A stretch of 52,625 nucleotides of DNA, filler included, from Sphacelaria rigidula (lineage: Eukaryota), in NCBI GenBank assembly GCA_964200075.2. It is 3 parts of 3 records of this genome, joined end to end, with 100 filler letters (N's around TTAATTAATTAA, not from the genome) between each part and the next. Parts side by side here need not be neighbours in the genome. Positions count along the whole stretch, not along the records: positions 35,153 to 52,625 come from CAXNAA020001074.1; 2 more parts are not named here. One strand, given 5' to 3'. Positions 50,474-52,625 of the stretch are shown piece after piece. Under the pieces are notes generated by a model. That model was not told the DNA's origin. It did no database searches and saw nothing but the letters and a program-made list of their open reading frames with translations. The position numbers and the translations under genes are program-made. Each line of letters opens with the position of its first letter. Within the stretch, counting starts at the first letter, position 1.

Positions 50474-52288
50474 TATATGCTGCAAGAACTCGTTGCAACT
50501 TCGAGATGAAGAAGAGACACCAGGCTGCGGCGAGATGAAGTGCATGTTGTGCAGGCGACAGGGAATGAAGCGACTGAGGACACCTGGACGCAATCTTGGG
50601 GTGATGGAACTATAATTCGAGCCCAGAGCTGCGAGCACGAGCCACATGACCACAGGCAACGTCAACTTCGAGGCAGACAGCGTCATTTGCAGTGCACGTT
50701 CTGTTGAATCTCAGTGCAAAGGCGAGGCCAGCATATTGGGGAGGGCAGACGGTGGCAAGTGGACAGCCGAGCAGTACATCCTGTATATCCAGCATAAGCC
50801 AAGTCGTCTGGGCGGGACCATAGACGAAGCTCGGAATTTGGTCATCAGAGCAGTTCTCGTGGAAGTTACAAACGGGCGCGTAGTGGAGCTTGAGGACGGG
50901 ATTAACATGCACATAACCGCACGCCAGGGTGCCGAGCTACAGGTCATCGGGGAAAATAAATGGAGGTGAAATATGGTCGCACTGTTTTAGAAAGTTATCT
51001 CCAATGTTTGCGACTTGTCGCATATCCATGAGTGGAATAGATCTACAGCAGAACTGAATGCACGACTTTCACTTCTTCGTGCCACCTGCATTCGATTTGA
51101 AATGGCTTGGGAAGGGAGTTTCTGCGCAAGTGAACGCGTGCTCCGGCGACAGAAATGTGAACGACGTGAATCACCGTGCGAAGACGCTGTGTGGGACGTC
51201 CGCAACACAAACAGTGGGCAATATAGCGCAGCGGGGGGTTGCAACATGGGTGTCACGGAGACAGCAGCGCAGCTTGTGCGGAAGAGCATATCCGACTGCG
51301 CGAGGGTGGACAGTAATCTAGCGAGTCGAACGCTTGATGCCGACCTGGAATTGGGGGTCCCTGGTGTGAAAAAGTACGTGCGATAGTCGTCCATGTCAGA
51401 GCTGACGACGTTGTTTGTGTCCACTTTTGGCAATCGCGTAGACTCTACGGCGATGGAAAAAACCGCGGACGGAGGTCGGTACTCCAGAGATGCCATGGCC
51501 ACGAACATGTTGAAGCACGATGATCGCAAAGAAGGCGCTGGTCACGTGGTTCGCCCCCGATCACTATCTGTAGCTCTGTCTGTAGCTCTCCCAGAGTTTG
51601 CAAAGTGTATGACGTGCGAACGAAGGCGACGTCTTGCTGTCTGTACAAAACGTGCGCATGTCGGAGAAGCACGGTACGCCATTGGCTACACATGCGACGT
51701 TCGGCAGTGAGGGTGCCGGACCTAACCAAGGACTTACCGATGACGGGTCGCCCGCGCGCGAGTCACCACGAGTCCTTTCGAACAGGGAACACCCTTCTGA
51801 TGCCCACCCTCTGGAAAAGCGTGGAATCTCAATCTTGACGGGGGGAACCGTCTTGCTCTGAGGACACGGTCATTTACCGGATAGACGGTCACCTTGTCGA
51901 CATCGTCTTCTGCCCTGAGGCCTCCCGTCGTCGACTGGATCCCCCCGAACTTTCGGCGCATTAGCCCCGGGCACTGTCGATACACGATAAATTTCGTGGC
52001 TCCGCGTTGCGCCCGAGTAAGGTCACCGGGAATGAACCCATATGCACAAACGAACGCGATGACTGGTCGCCCGCGCGCGAATCACCACGAGTCCATTCGA
52101 ACGTGGAATACTCTTCTGATGTCCACCCTCTGGAATAGCATGGGATCTCAATCTTGACGGGGGGAACCGTCTTGCCTAGAGGTGAACTGCACAAGGGCTT
52201 GGAACCGGCACAGAAACGGCTTGTTTCAAAAGATATGTCCGTCGATCAAGACTCTCCGGGCACCATGTACGGAATTCGCCTGGTTTTA

Positions 52289-52568
52289 CTCAAACCTTCT
52301 ATATGCTCTGAGGACACGGTCATTTACCGGATAGACGGTTACCTTGTCGACATCGTCTTCTGACCTCAGGCCTCCCGTCGTCGACTGGCTCCCCCCGAAC
52401 TTTCGGCGCATCAACCCCGGGCACTGTCGATAGACGATGAAATTCATGCGCCGAAAGTTCGGGGGGATCCAGTCGACGACGGGAGGCCTGAGGTCAGAAG
52501 ACGATGTCGACAAGGTAACCGTCTATCCGGTAAATGACCATGTCCTCAGAGCATACAGAAGATTTGAG
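52289..52568. repeat. Long inverted repeat (123-bp arms, 34-nt loop)
   Basis: 52289-52411 is the reverse complement of 52446-52568 with about 4 mismatches; a third, direct copy of the arm lies at ~51856-51961. Confidence 0.9.
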
Positions 52569-52625
52569 GTTCGATGCCCGGAGCGATCTGGGATTTTTTC
52601 CTACACCATGTCCAACAGTGGAGAG
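52567..52625 (+). mobile_element. Partial SINE copy at the window end
   Basis: GGTTCGATGCCCGGAGCGATCTGGGATTTTTTCCTACAC...CCAACAGTGGAGAG matches the SINE from the B box onward. Confidence 0.6.

Overview
This is repeat-rich eukaryotic genomic DNA, most likely from a brown alga (inferred from GT-AG multi-exon genes with long introns, RTE-type LINE remnants, tRNA-derived SINEs and CCCTAA repeats). The window is not one locus. Two 100-bp linkers (N44-TTAATTAATTAA-N44, at 17479-17578 and 35053-35152) join three contigs of near-identical, descending length (17478, 17474, 17473 bp), so adjacency across the linkers is artificial. Contig 1 is mostly nested transposon debris: a hAT-like element with an 8-bp TSD and 14 palindromic 43-44 bp repeats split by an insert, a second hAT-like element, a LINE remnant, MITEs, a SINE and a few candidate exons. 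Contig 2 holds a complete 9-exon CDC45 gene (658 aa). Head-to-head with it is the first exon of a 20S proteasome alpha-2-like gene with an unusual signal/transit-type presequence. It also holds the 3' exons of an unknown gene. Contig 3 holds most of a SARAF/TMEM66-like gene, candidate exons of another gene, a solo LTR, LINE/SINE pieces and a 123-bp-arm hairpin. The best leads are the presequence-bearing proteasome subunit, the CRISPR-look-alike transposon array, a short G-tract-anchored repeat family and the hairpin. No database searches were run; family calls rest on recognising motifs by eye.
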